Shown one piece after another: positions 50,900-63,479 of a stretch of 64,000 nucleotides of DNA. The notes below the pieces were generated by a model, which was not told the DNA's origin, searched no databases, and saw only the letters and a list, made by a program, of their open reading frames with translations. Both the position numbers and the translations under genes were made by a program. Positions within the stretch are counted from its first letter, which is position 1. The number at the start of each line of letters is the position of its first letter. The DNA comes from Enoplolaimus lenunculus (lineage: Eukaryota). The stretch is from the NCBI GenBank assembly GCA_030248215.1, contig JASANG010002365.1:124001-188000 (forward strand), given 5' to 3'.

Positions 50900-51529
50900 G
50901 ATATTTCTGACGTGGATAGGGCCATATAGTTTCGGTCTAAATTAGTGTAAAAACGTTGGCAGAGCAGGCTGCAAACAAACGCCATTTTATCTGTCAACAT
51001 AGTCCTTGATGAATTCACGCCTTAGATGAGCTAATTTAGTTATACAACAGGGTCGTAACACTAGTATAAGCATAAATTCATACGACATGCGCAATAACAG
51101 TAAAAGAATATTCCTAGACCTAAGCCTAAAACCTAAGCATGAGAATGAGCTTACACCTATGCGTCAGCCTAATCCTAAGCCTAAGCAAAAAAATAGTATA
51201 AAGCTTTAGCTTACTATATTGCAGTCCCACAGAAAAACGTTCCGCCTATGATCTTTACATGGGCCAATGGTTGATGACAGTTTGTATGCAAGATTATACG
51301 CATCATCAGCCAGCGATAAACACCCCGCAGGCAGACCCATATTATGGTACGAGTTTTGGTTCGTTCATTTTTTCAAATTTGCTAAGGGCTACAACTTTTT
51401 GAATGAATTACAATTTCATTTTTTTATTTTCGCTTTAAAATTACAAACGTCGAAAAGCAAAATTACAGTTTTTTAGGACATAAAACCTAATTTTAGTGAA
51501 TACCAATAGACATAATATCTGACACTAGA

Positions 51530-51749
51530 GGCCGTATTCTCAAATGTGAATAGCATCTATCATCAGTTAGCGATAGGTTTTCAAACTGACGAATGTCTGC
51601 AATTGCGAGTATAAACATTGGTATCGAAGTAGGGCAAATCAAATGTGAAAAATGTGCTCAATCTTGAACCTAACCATTCGCTTGTACGAAAGTTACAAGA
51701 AATATCGCCAAGTGGTGTCAGGTACTATACATATTTAAGAATATGGGCC
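51530..51749. mobile_element. MITE family I (GGCCCRTATTCTCAAAT TIR)
   Basis: GGCCGTATTCTCAAATGTG...CATATTTAAGAATATGGGCC. Relatives at about 2367-2587, 26225-26445 and 41671-41896. Confidence 0.65.
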
Positions 51750-52917
51750 TAGATTTCAAATTTTAGATAACTGTATTATTTTAGCATAATGTGGTATACG
51801 GTACAGTAAAATGCAACACAGGAAGCGGAAATAAATTTAACGCACCAATAAAATCCTTGAAACAGAGCGATGGGTTTACGGTAGGGGCTGGGCACTATTG
51901 TTCTTCTACAGCAGGGTTCGTCAACTAAGTGATCCCAGGATAGCTTAAATGGATATTGACCGTTACTCAAAATGTCGTACCAGCGAACTGAAATTACATC
52001 TTAGCGAGTCCGAAAGTGCTGTGAAGCTAAGAGTTTTCCAAAATGATATTTATAGAAATTACGAATACTTGCAGCCGTAGTTGCACCACAATGCAACTTT
52101 TTTTATTGTGCCTAAGATTCAAGGGCTTTTACAACGTATATACTATTTCCAAGAATGCATTCATTTACCAATTCACCCTGTACGTTTACACAATTCTATC
52201 CGTGTATTTGTACGTAGTACTTCTTTGGTAGAACGATTTGTTATCTATATATTAAAGCTGGAACGCCCCACATACGCATTTTAGGCAACTTTCCAGCCTT
52301 ACTTTGTTTACAATAATTTGTTAACAAACACACGTGCTTGTTGACTAGAAAATTTGCAAGGAAATTTTCGTGCTTACGTTAAGCTTTGCGTATTGCGCAA
52401 AGCTGGCAAACTAGTATATTATTAAAAGCAATGTTTAGTCGTGCTGGAACAGTGTCCAAAATACGTATGCGGGGCGTTCCGGCTTTAATATATAGATTGA
52501 TTTAAGCATAATGTGGGGGACACAAATTTAACTTTATAAGTAAGCTTCGTAATCTTTTTGTCGTACATTTATGCAACAGTTGGAAATCAACAATTTCAAT
52601 AGGTGGATGAAAAATATTTGTCTCCGGTCCCAGAATATTGAGACTCCCATCCCTGATCTTTACACACCTCTGTTTTATAGGACCTACGGAAATCTGGATG
52701 CCCTCAAGAGGAACATGAGCCAAAGGATATTGCAACTGAACGCAACGGAACAAAAACATAGAATACTAAATAGTATCGTTGCTAAAGTGTTAAGAATACA
52801 TCGGCGTGTGATGTCAAACTATGCCACGTAAACACTTTGGGTACCTTAAGCCATGGAAAGAAAAATTGTCAACTACGTTCTGATTTTTGAATGCAATCTA
52901 GTATTAACTTGGAATTC

Positions 52918-53280
52918 ATTATCCGGTTTCGGCTCCGGTCGGATACTAGATTATCCGGCTTCGTCTCCGGTCGGATACTAGATTATCCGGCTTCGTCTCC
53001 GGTCGGATACTAGATTATCCGGCTTCGTCTCCGGTGGTATACTAGATTATCCGGCTTCGTCTCCGGTCGGATACTAGATTATCCGGCTTCGTCTCCGGTC
53101 GGATACTAGATTATCCGGCTTCGTCTCCGGTCGGATACTAGATTATCCGGCTTCGTCTCCGGTCGGATACTAGATTATCCGCTCCAGCTCCGGTCGTGTA
53201 CTGGATTATGAGCTCGGGCTCTGGTCGGATACTACATTGTCCTTCTCCGGCTACGGTCGGATACTAAATTATCCGGCTGC
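52918..53280. repeat. 32-bp minisatellite (GGATACTAGATTATCCGGCTTCGTCTCCGGTC)
   Basis: About 8 near-perfect units followed by about 3 degenerate ones. Confidence 0.88.
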
Positions 53281-54009
53281 GGCTCCATCAGGTTTTGGTA
53301 TCCGGTCGCACTCTGAGATATATGTATGCATAATCATTGGTATCATTATCCTAATAGACATTGCTCAACGTAACAGCCAAACCGCCGGCACAACATTTGG
53401 TCTGGAGCGTAAACCAACGGAACGATTTTACCATTTTTGATAAAATTACAAACGTCTCATGGGATTGAGCTGATTATTAATTATTCGTTGAAGGTTTTTG
53501 TCAAATATTCTCAATTGTGTGTAGCACCTGGTTAATAGATTGCCATTTGAATGATAAATGTTACAACTGAAACAACGAGTCAAAAAGATTCTTGTTTACT
53601 GCGAATATGTTGCATGCAGATTGCTTCTGAATAGAATTTTTAGCTGGTTGTCGTTTGCGGTTTTGCAGGTCCAAATTTGGCTTGAGTTGCGGAAAAGCTT
53701 ACAGTCTTTACTAATCAAAGAGTATTTGATGAAAAAATGACTGTAAGCTTAAGTTTTACAGGTTTTAGCGAAGTCATACGCAAACCTGGCCCTGATTAGG
53801 AAATTTGTCTCGTTAATTGCAACAGATTTTTTCACTGCGTTGTGCAGTTCTATAGTTTTCATATTCATTCAAAACTATTTCGACTTTTTGTACACAGAAT
53901 GTACTCAGTTGCATACTGATAAAATCCAAACAGCATAGCTGGAAAGCTGTAAGACGTCAAAGCCAATCGCAATAAAAAGTTTTAATATAAATACATCGTC
54001 GTCGGTTGG

Positions 54010-54160
54010 GGCCAATGTTATTTTTAGGGGCGTAACAGTAGATTAAGCGTATTCGTAAGCCTAAGCCTAAAGCCTGAACAAAAAATGTAATCTAGAATCT
54101 AAACCTACTCTTTTATAGACCCGCACGAAACCTTGACACCCCTAAAAATAACATGGGTCC
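54010..54160. mobile_element. Family B MITE
   Basis: GGCCAATGTTATTTTTAGGGGCG...CCCCTAAAAATAACATGGGTC. Confidence 0.7.
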
Positions 54161-54174
54161 CGGTAGGAATAATG

Positions 54175-54376
54175 GGCCCATGTAAAGATCAGTGGCGGAA
54201 CGTTTTTCTGTGAGACTAGAAAAGAGTAAGCTTAAGCTTTACACTAATTTTTTGGCTTGGCTTAGGCTTAGGCTTAGGCTTAGGAATATCGTCATTGTTA
54301 CGCTTACGCTTACGCTTAGGCTTAGGCTTAGGAAGATGCTTATAATACTGTTCCGCCCATGTTCTTTACATTGGCC
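54175..54376. mobile_element. Family A MITE
   Basis: Family A TIRs. Perfect TSD GAATAATG. TTAGGC/TTACGC tract. Confidence 0.8.
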
Positions 54377-54959
54377 GAATAATGAAACGCAGGTATTTAA
54401 GATTAGACAACCATGACAGTAGTCTGAAGATTGATCGAAAGTTAAAGTCAAATACCCGTCTCATATAAGGCTTAATTTAAGCAAACTGAAAGCTAATTTA
54501 TGTTTCGACTTATACTCAAAATTTGCATTTATACTGATGTTGTAAAATCGGTTAAATGTTGATGCATATGTAGTGCCTTAATATGAAGCAGCAGTAAAAA
54601 CATGGAAGAACCAAGATACATGTCTAAAAATCAACTTTTATGACGCTGCTTGCGTGGTATGAGATGTCACACTTTTTTTGAAAATGTCAATTGTTTATAT
54701 CCGATAACCTGGCAATAATTAAGTAAAAGAACCATTCAAAGTATATTATATTAATGGGATTTTTTTTGCTTTTTTGTACAAATATTACGTGAGTTGGCAA
54801 ATAATATAAACTTATGATAATTATGGCTGCATAAGACATGTATCAATCACTTGTCAGCGTATAAAACAAACCTATATTCGTAAAAATAGACGATTTAATG
54901 TACTAATCTGTGACAAAAAGTAATTATTGTAAGGTTAGCTATACCAAGAGTGCATGATA

Positions 54960-55225
54960 CAAGAGTGCGCAACTCTTGGGTTTCCACATGGTACAAAATG
55001 TTCCACCGGGCGTTGCGTGTTTGCCGACCCTCCCCCGCTGTTCAGGGGGGGGTCGCTGTCACATAAATACCCTGAATTGAAATATATGGGGAGCATGTTT
55101 AATGTCGCATAAAGAAAGTGTTATGGTTGGCACCGGCTACCCTCTAAAACGGGGGGGGGGCAAAAACACCAAACGCGCCGGGTATATTCTTTTCTACACA
55201 GAATGTACTAAGATGCATACTCTTG
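54960..55225. mobile_element. MITE family H (CAAGAGTRTGCAACT TIR)
   Basis: TA|CAAGAGTGCGCAACT...AGATGCATACTCTTG. Relatives at about 9121-9385, 38513-38765 and 55335-55460. Confidence 0.6.
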
Positions 55226-55581
55226 TTGAAGTTTACATCATCTACTTTTGGTTATACCATGAGCCGATATATTTGATGGGAGTACAACCGGTGCGAATCA
55301 TGGCGCTTTATGTATGCGGCATCACAAAAGCTCTGCTTGTAGTTTAATTTAGGGTTATTGCATGTGACAGTGACCCCTCGACTAAACAAGGGGGGTCGGC
55401 CAAAAACGGAACGCCCTGTGGTACATTTTGTACCATGCGGAACCGCAAGAGTTGCACACTATTGCATGATCCACTTTGGTCACATTCAGTGCCCGTGGAA
55501 GCGCCCCCAAATCCCTTAGTTGGGGAGCACCGACCCTTAAGGCCCCATATTGCAAAACTAAAACTTTTTTCATGTACCATA

Positions 55582-55733
55582 TGCCCATGTAAAGATCAGG
55601 GGCGGAATGTTTTTCTATGGGACTAGAAAAGTGTAAGCTTAAGCTTTAGACTATTTTTTGTCTGACTTAGGCTTAGGCTTAGGCTTAGGAATATGCTTAT
55701 AATACTGTTTCGCCCCTGTTCTTAACATTGGCC
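55582..55733. mobile_element. Family A MITE
   Basis: Family A TIRs and a (TTAGGC)3 core. No TSD recognisable. Confidence 0.7.
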
Positions 55734-55751
55734 AAGTGGCCTATAAACTTG

Positions 55752-55950
55752 TTTTTTCATTAAAGATACTAACTGAGAATTTTTTCATTAAAGATACTAA
55801 CTGAAAATTTTTTCATTAAAGATACTAACTGAGAATTTTTTCATTAAAGATACTAACTGAGAATTTTTTCATTAAAGATACGAGAATTTTTTCATTAAAG
55901 ATACTGAGAATATTTGTATTAAAGATACTAACTGAGAATTTTTCCATTAA
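55752..55950. repeat. 28-bp minisatellite (TTTTTTCATTAAAGATACTAACTGAGAA)
   Basis: About 7 copies, some with internal deletions. Confidence 0.85.
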
Positions 55951-56460
55951 TTTAAGGACGCTCAAATTTAGTTTTAAATAATTTACAAGTAGCATTTGGC
56001 AACGGCATTGCTTTTACGACAAATGCTTCTCAAATCAAAATATTAAACTTCTAACAGTCACAGCATTTCAATTTACAAAAAAAAAAATATTTTTCAATTA
56101 TAAAATGTTATTAAATTTACAATTATAGTATTTTCTACGCAAAACGGTTGTGGTTTGAACAAAACAAAGGTTTCCGATAATGGATAGCAATTGAAAACGT
56201 TGGTTGTTTGTATCATTTTTAGATGCTCTGAGACGCAAAATTATGTTTGTAATTTAATTAATTTCAACGAAAATTCGTGACTCGAAACAAAAACAATTTA
56301 TAGAATGTGTTTTATCTCGACGAATTATTTCGATTTTATGTCAAATCACAACACTACAAAGTAGACTTAATAGATAAAATTAGAAAAGACCAAAGAATCT
56401 GAAGAGGCTATAGATTTTAATCCTTTCCAGCAAACAGTATATTATACATATGTAACAATA

Positions 56461-57156
56461 CTGTAGTGACGTAAATAAGAGGGGGGATTGATATTTTATT
56501 TGGCGTTTCCAGAGGGCAACTCGTGTTATTCGGGTACATACTGATATTTATTTTTAACCCACGCTTCGCCACCTTTCTTTACTGATTTATTTGCAGTACT
56601 GCAACCATCCGTTCAATTAAACATTTTTTTGCGTTGTATCAAAAGTTTGACCGATAATGCGAGGTTATGCTTATGAATGTACTTTTAAAACTTAACCCAT
56701 TCTCACATTGAGTTGCCTATAGGCAACTTAGCGCAGTGTATATACGTTAAATGATATATATCGCGCCGTGTTTAACAATTGCAACACGTATAGATAGTAC
56801 TAAATCACCAGAAGACGTGAGAGCCCCCATCGGGCTCGAGCGTCAAGCTCCTATAGCTGAGTGGTGATGGTATACGCCTCCCACTCCAGTCACCGGAGTT
56901 CGAATCCTAGCATAAAAGTAGGTCTCAGGGGAAATAGAAAATATTCATGTGAGAAAGGGTTAAGTATGCTGTAATGTTGCGAACTGAACGTTATTTGGGC
57001 CTGGAGTTATTTATGCACTACAATTAGGGATAATTCACATTTATGGACTCGAATTAGGGTTTAGGGACTTTATTCGCTTACGAACTCTTATTAGAGATAC
57101 GAACATTTATTGACTGGGACTCAAAATGGGGACTCCCTCTTATTCGGCTCAATACA
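56461..57156. mobile_element. MITE family D interrupted by family E
   Basis: TA|CTGTAGTGACG...CTCTTATTCGGCTCAATACAG. Confidence 0.78.
56696..56959. mobile_element. piggyBac-like MITE (family E), reverse orientation, nested in a family D MITE
   Basis: TTAA|CCCATTCTCACAT...ATGTGAGAAAGGG|TTAA. The uninterrupted family D copy reads AAAACTTAAGTACGC (about 8912-8926). Confidence 0.85.
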
Positions 57157-58256
57157 GTTTATAAACAGTTAAACAAATACAACAAAGTATCAGTAAAACA
57201 GTCAATTCAATTGGTAGTGAAGGCGAAAAATTATTCAGGAGCGGCATACATGGTTTCCAATGATTTACAAGCAAGGTTGAAAATTATCTAGGAGGACCAA
57301 ATTTTTTCAGCTGGAGCTGAGTCCCCCCTGGCCGCCATCGGCTACGAGGTCGAACTGTACGTATAAATATTATAGGTGTCCGCGCCGTAAAAATTCTACA
57401 CGAGACGTAAGAGTGCCAAGCGTCTATAACTGAGTGGTGATGGTAAACGCCTACGCCTCCTGTCCCATCGACTCGAGTGCCATTCCGTGTTTGCAACACA
57501 GATTTCAGACAAAATTGCATAATTCACGTGGTAAAAAGTACAAAATGAAATAAGAACATCTCTAGACCCCTTCGTTAAATTATCATATCCTTGGAGAGAT
57601 ATAACACGGACCACCATCCAGAAGATGGACTCACCCCCCCGCCGAACAAATTCGCCCCTGGGAAAATTTTAACAGTTAAATTGTAACAATAGACTCCCCC
57701 AAAAGTAAATCCAAAAAGTTTTATGAACCGGTCCGCTTACATGTTGAGCTGTGTCTGCGGACCTGAAAGCCGTCTGTACTATAAAAGGTAACTCGAAAAA
57801 TACATTCGTTCACGTTAATCTATAGATTGCAACATTTTTGATTATTATGTATACTAGTCAGGAACACTGTCCAAAATACGTATGTGGAGCATTCCAGCTT
57901 TTAACATCGATTTACAAACATCGTTGAAATTATCACTTTTACGTTTGCATTTTACAATTATCGGACATTTCTAAAATTCGTGAAATTAATTGTTAATTTG
58001 TTCGACGGTAATGCGAATATTGCGCAAATCGAGTTATCTCATCAAGATAAAGCCAATCAAAAACAATCTGTTTTGCTAAAATATTCCTATTGTGCAACGG
58101 ATTTTATCCGGACCCGTATCGAGAGGGTAGCCAGCCAGAGAAAAATTTTAGGTCGCTGAGAAAAGTTTTAATCACGCTTATGAGACAAGTTTAATTGCAA
58201 CATACTATTTGGAAATTATATAGCTCCCACCTGGCTGTGGCATATAGAGCTGGGCA

Positions 58257-58828
58257 CTGTAGTAACCCGAAAGTGGGGGACTCGTATTTGTATGGCCTGT
58301 CCACAGGGTACCCGCCGTTATTCGCCTACGGACTGTTGTTTATTTTTAACCCACCCTCCGCGGCTATTCGTTATTTGCCGTATTGTAACTACTTTTTGAA
58401 ACATTTACTTGTCTTTGTGTTGTATCAAAACCTTGAGCGATAATGCAAGGGTTTGCTTAATAGGAATGCATTTTGAAAACTTAAGCACTCTATTTATGGC
58501 TCTAAATAGGATTTAGGGACTCTATCTGCCTGCGGATTCTTATCAGAGGCACAGACTCGTATTGAATGGGCGTCCAATGAGGACCCTCCTTGTTATGACT
58601 CCCTCTTAGGCGGGTAACTACAGTAAGTATCCTTACCAGTTTTAAACTCTTATTTGTTCCTGAGTCATCTGTGCACTACAATTAGGGATAATGGACATTT
58701 ATGGACTCTAATTAGGGTTAAGTGACTCTATACGCTTACGGATTCTTATTATAGATACGGATTCCGATTGATTGCGTCTCAAAATGAGAACCCCTCTTAT
58801 TACCCATCTTTTATTCGGGTCACTACAG
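58257..58828. mobile_element. Family D MITE plus an adjacent second family D 3' half
   Basis: Termini at 58257, 58623 (ACTACAG|TA) and 58828 (TCACTACAG|TA). Confidence 0.68.
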
Positions 58829-59097
58829 TACAAACCGCTGTGTATTTTCAAGCTCATATTAAATAATATCACTCGTGTTTGCAAGCTTATTCCTTGTTAA
58901 CACATCTCGACTTCAACGAAGTATTACAAAGTTAATTATTTTACTACGAAATTAATTCTGGTCGAAATTATTTGAAAGATTTTTTTGCGTTGCTTATCAA
59001 GTTTCGCACCGTCACAAATCGTATTATCTCGCTTTGAAATCATACCGCTGAGTATTAATAGAAACGGATGTAATATACAAATTTGCCTTAGAATTGC

Positions 59098-59286
59098 TAA
59101 CGTACGATAACGTATGGTGACGGACGGCGCCGTACGCGTGACGGACAATGATGGACGGCACCGGACGTTAAGTAATACGCACCCCTTATCGTACGTGAGT
59201 TATTTGCGTACGATACCGCACGGTGACGGAGGGCGTCGTACGGGTGACGGACAGCGTTGGACGTCAACAAAAGTGTAGCGCAACCC
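59098..59286. mobile_element. Family G MITE fragments
   Basis: Ends AAAGTGTAGCGCAACCC|TTA. Shares the CGTACGTGAGTTATTTGCGTACG centre with 45250. Confidence 0.62.
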
Positions 59287-59744
59287 TTACTGAATGTTAA
59301 TCATGCTGAACAAGTCTCATATTAAACATTATTATCAACCGGTTGAAACTGAACACAGATGACATTGAGGATATTCAGAGGCGAGTTGACACATTTTTTG
59401 AGCTGGGACAATATTTAGCCGCTGACGAGACCTCGTGAGCGAAAAGCTAAAAGTTATTTAAAAGTTAAATTTCTAACTTAGGATTCGTACCAGATTTTAT
59501 ACTAAAAGGTTTTCTGACGGGAAGCAGACTGGGTTCCATCCATTACTTTTAGGATTCACCTCGGATCGGCCATAAAACCATATTACTGTACGGCCATTAG
59601 CGGAAGAAATTTATGAAAAGCAGCATTGACCAATAATCTGTGAGAATGTGGACAGGGAGTTTCAAGTTTGCATATTTTTGCAATATTGAGTCAAAAAAAT
59701 TTCAATATGTATAGATTAATTCCTAAATTATTTACCTGTAATTT

Positions 59745-60010
59745 ATCCTTTAACTCTTAGAGTATACTATGAGCAACTAAATACCAATAATATACGAGCA
59801 ATACAGACACTGTGAGCAGTGTTTAACAGTTCTTACATATATGTGCAATGCAAACTCTCCACAAGACATGAGAGCCCCCTCGCGCTCGAGCGTCAAACTC
59901 GTACAGCTGAGCGGTCATCGTAAACGACTCCCACCAGAGGAACTGGGGATCGAATGTTACCTTGAAATTGCATCTCAGAGGAAATTGAAAATATTCATGT
60001 CAGAAAAGGT
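59745..60010. mobile_element. piggyBac-like MITE (family E variant, decayed)
   Basis: Reverse-complement similarity to 30037-30299. Ends ...AGAAAAGGTTAA. Confidence 0.65.
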
Positions 60011-60855
60011 TAACAACAAAAATCAAAAATTTACCTCCATATTTTACAAAATTTTGTTCTGTCCGGTTTAAACCCTCATATTTTGTATATATAAATTGCG
60101 TTTAAAATTTTAATCGCTTTTGCGTTTTACTATAAACCATTTATTTTAGTGCTAAAATTGAAGTTTGAAAAACGCCAAAAAGCGTGTGATTAACAGTGTT
60201 TCATCCAGAGTTTCCGAACTTAAACAAGCATTTTATTTTTGACATAATTCCTTATTTGAATATAATTGTAAGGGGTTTCTATAGTAATTAAAACAAAACA
60301 CTAACATTGCGGCCTAGTTTTTGTTTGTTTAAAGTAGCATAATGATTAAGAATGCAACTAAAGCCTAAACCTAAAATCGACTCTAGATAACGTCTAATAG
60401 CTTATGTTGCCTATACACAGCAATATTAATCAGCAACAGGAATGTTTATTCTACATGTCTGCCGAGTCAGCATTTAAAGAGGCAGATAAATTAAAAATTG
60501 TGTCCGCTGAGACAATCGGTTTGATGTGATATCTGTGACAGTTTTATTAATACAATTTTTAGGAACCAATGTTACGGCGTAATGCCCCCCTTTGTAATTT
60601 CCCCCCCGGAAAATCTACACCAGTTCCGGAGTAAAGCCACAGCGTAATTTTTCCCACCTGTAATTTTTTCCTCAGTAAAAGCGGTGTAATTTTCCGGGGG
60701 GAAAATTACACGGGGAAAAGTTACACCGTAACACCGGAACTTTTTTTACATAAAACATACTAGTCGTTGTGCTTTGCGACATGCGCAAAAGTGTTAGCGA
60801 ATGTACAAAAATCTGTATGCAAATTTCCTTTCCATAGAACAGTTACGTTTTATGT

Positions 60856-61052
60856 GGCCCGTGTTGCTTTAAAGAACGTCCAGGTTTCTGGAATGTCTAT
60901 AAAAGAGTGGGTTTAGATTCTAGATTACATTTTTGTGCTTAGGCTTAGGCTTAGGCCTAGGAACACATTTTTGCAACGCTTTGGTTTAGGCTTATTCTTA
61001 GGCTTAGGCATACGCTTAATTTACTGTTACGCCCCTAAAAGTAACATTTGCA
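60856..61052. mobile_element. Family B MITE
   Basis: Family B termini. TSD TTTTATGT/TTTTATGC. TTAGGC core. Confidence 0.72.
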
Positions 61053-62238
61053 TTTTATGCTATATGAAATTGATGTAAACAAAGTAATGCTGCAAAGTTG
61101 TTTAAAATACACATGTAGGGCATTCCAGCTTTAATTATACAGATAGGTTATTGTAAACTATTGTGTCTGTATAAACGGGCTAAATATCGTATGGTGGTAA
61201 ATTGGGAAACATAAATATAATTTGCGGAAACGCTCTGTAAATTTCGAGAAGATATTTCAAATACAAATCGAAAAATGCTTCGACTCTTATTTGTACTATA
61301 CCGTCCCGAATAAGAGACGAGACGGGGTAGTAAGAGGAACTTTCCGAATTTGAGTTCCAATCAATAAGAGTCCGTATTCCTAATAAGAGTCCGTAAGCGG
61401 ATCTGAACTGCACGCTATCCACGGGAGTACGCGCTGTGAAAGAATTTCAAAGCGCGTGTCAAAATTGTTGATTGTTTACCCGCCTAAAATTTTCATAAAA
61501 AACGGCAAACATCAATTCAGGTGCATAGCTAGTATCCCACACAAATAAACGAAGGTTGCTAAGATTATGGTTCTGGCTGATTTAGACCCACGCATACGAG
61601 AACACTTTTCACATACATTTCAACATAAATTTTTAGAGTACAGCTTTTAATATGGTATCAGTTTATATATTAAACACATTCTTCGCGTTTCTATAAGTAG
61701 GTACACTATAAAGTATAACCTTGCACTATCGCTCTAGCTTTAAATTTTTTGTTTCAAATCTTGTAAGGGTGGGTGCTCTCTTTAGGGTGCCCGGCACGAA
61801 TTGGGGGTATGCACGGTGGCTGGTTCGGTCCTGGCCAAACTTTTACAACACTTTCAGCTAATGTGATATTAATAGCTTTTTTGTGATTGGCCTACTTGTT
61901 CTTAATTTAAATTCACAACCAATAATGATTCTTGGTCAAGATTAATCAATATTCTTTTAATACCTCGGTCTGTCATAGTTTGCACCACCGCGTGTTGCGT
62001 TTTAGCACTTCTCTACTAACTTCACAGGTTTTCTTGTTATGTTCTTTTGGCACATTTTAATTGCGACGTAATTGGCCTGTTTTCAAATTGGCCACGTGTT
62101 TGATAAAACCCAAAAGTCGTCAGGCGTACTTGTTTTGCACAAAATGTACCCAGTTGCATACTCTTTGTTTTCATTGTTCGAGTAGGATTCATGAGTGTCA
62201 ATTCTTAAAATTGCCACTCGTTAATTCCTACCATCACC

Positions 62239-62633
62239 GGCTCATGTATAGAACAGGGTCGGATCGTTTTCCGGAGGAGCTTTAATAGAGTCAGTTTAAC
62301 CTTTAGACTAATTTTTTTGCTTAGGCTTAGGCTTAGGATTAGGCTTAGGCTTAGGCTTAGGCTTAGGCTTAGGCTTAGGCTTAGGCTTACGCTTAGGCTT
62401 ACGCTTAGGCTTAGGCTTAGGCTTACGCTTAGGCTTAGGCTTAGGCTTACGCTTAGGCTTAGGAATAGGCTTAGGCTTAGGCTTAGGCTTAGGCTTAGGC
62501 TTAGGCTTACGCTTAGGCTTACGCTTAGGCTTAGGCTTAGGCTTAGGAATAGGCTCATACATACGCTTAGGTTTAGGCTTAAACTTAGGAATATGCTTAT
62601 ACTACTGTTCCGGCCCTGTTCTTTACATTGGCC
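62239..62633. mobile_element. Family A-related MITE containing about 230 bp of nearly pure (TTAGGC)n
   Basis: Termini like the 50665 copy. 62320-62548 is TTAGGC with occasional TTACGC. Confidence 0.82.
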
Positions 62634-63069
62634 ACGGTTTTGGTGTAAAGCAGAGAAAAGTTTATTGTGAACGATGCATACTGACTGTTGTGTTTTCTTG
62701 TAACATGAGCCTGGTTGATCGAGTTCAATGCTATGGAAGCTGAAACTATTTCTAGGGTTTAGAAGCCGTTAGCATCACTCAGGCAGACATTGATATTCTA
62801 TTCAAATTTAGGCAATGCAGTTTTCAAGTTTAGCAAAATCAAACATACACGCTTCAAAACCTCGTGGAGGGGCACCCCTAGAAAGAAGAACATTTTATCT
62901 AAAGCTAAAGTATAAGCGTGAATTTTCGTTAATTTAAATTAGTTGAAACTATTTTAAATGTTATAAATAGCAATCATAAAAACCAAACCAAATGCCAGCT
63001 GACCAGATATTAAAAGTTTCAAAAACATCAACCCGGAAGTAGAATTCAAAACCCTAAATGCTGTAATTC

Positions 63070-63223
63070 GGCCAATGTGAAGAACACGGGCGGAACAGTA
63101 TTATAAGCATATTCCCACGCCTAAGCCTAATCCTAAGCCAAGCAAAAAAATTAGTCTAAAGCTTAAGCTTACTTTGTTGGAATCCCACAGAAAAACGTTC
63201 TGCCCCTGATCTTTACATAGGCC
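63070..63223. mobile_element. Family A MITE (reverse orientation)
   Basis: GGCCAATGTGAAGAAC...GATCTTTACATAGGCC. TAATTC on both flanks. Confidence 0.72.
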
Positions 63224-63479
63224 TAATTCCGCAGATTCAGTTACATAACCGCTTGGTTACCGGACAGTATTTGTTCCGGCAAAACTTTCAGTATCGACTC
63301 GTATAAAAAATGTACAAAATGAAATTATCTACAAACATTATTTGACACAGTTTAAGTTTGCCTCAGGCACAGCTGTATATGATTTGTATATGCAAATTTT
63401 ATACACTTTTTAAATAAATATTCTAATTTATTTTTAGCGTAAAATATCATTTTTGCAACCGTTTACTATCAGTTCATAG

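Noticed and set aside
52571..52831. 86-aa ORF with faint resemblance to a Tc1/mariner transposase C-terminus (PDLYTPLF versus SPDLTPLDF)
   Set aside because: Too weak to call by eye, with no TIRs or catalytic motif. It needs a blastx or HMM search.
56847..56915. Functional tRNA-Gly(CCC) or nematode nev-tRNA
   Set aside because: The acceptor and anticodon stems do not pair, there is no long variable arm, and it is part of a multi-copy MITE.
62205..62670. PKPKPK / LRLRLR ORFs, and a possible chromosome end or fusion site
   Set aside because: Translations of TTAGGC. The tract is single-orientation, enclosed by MITE termini and followed by ordinary sequence.
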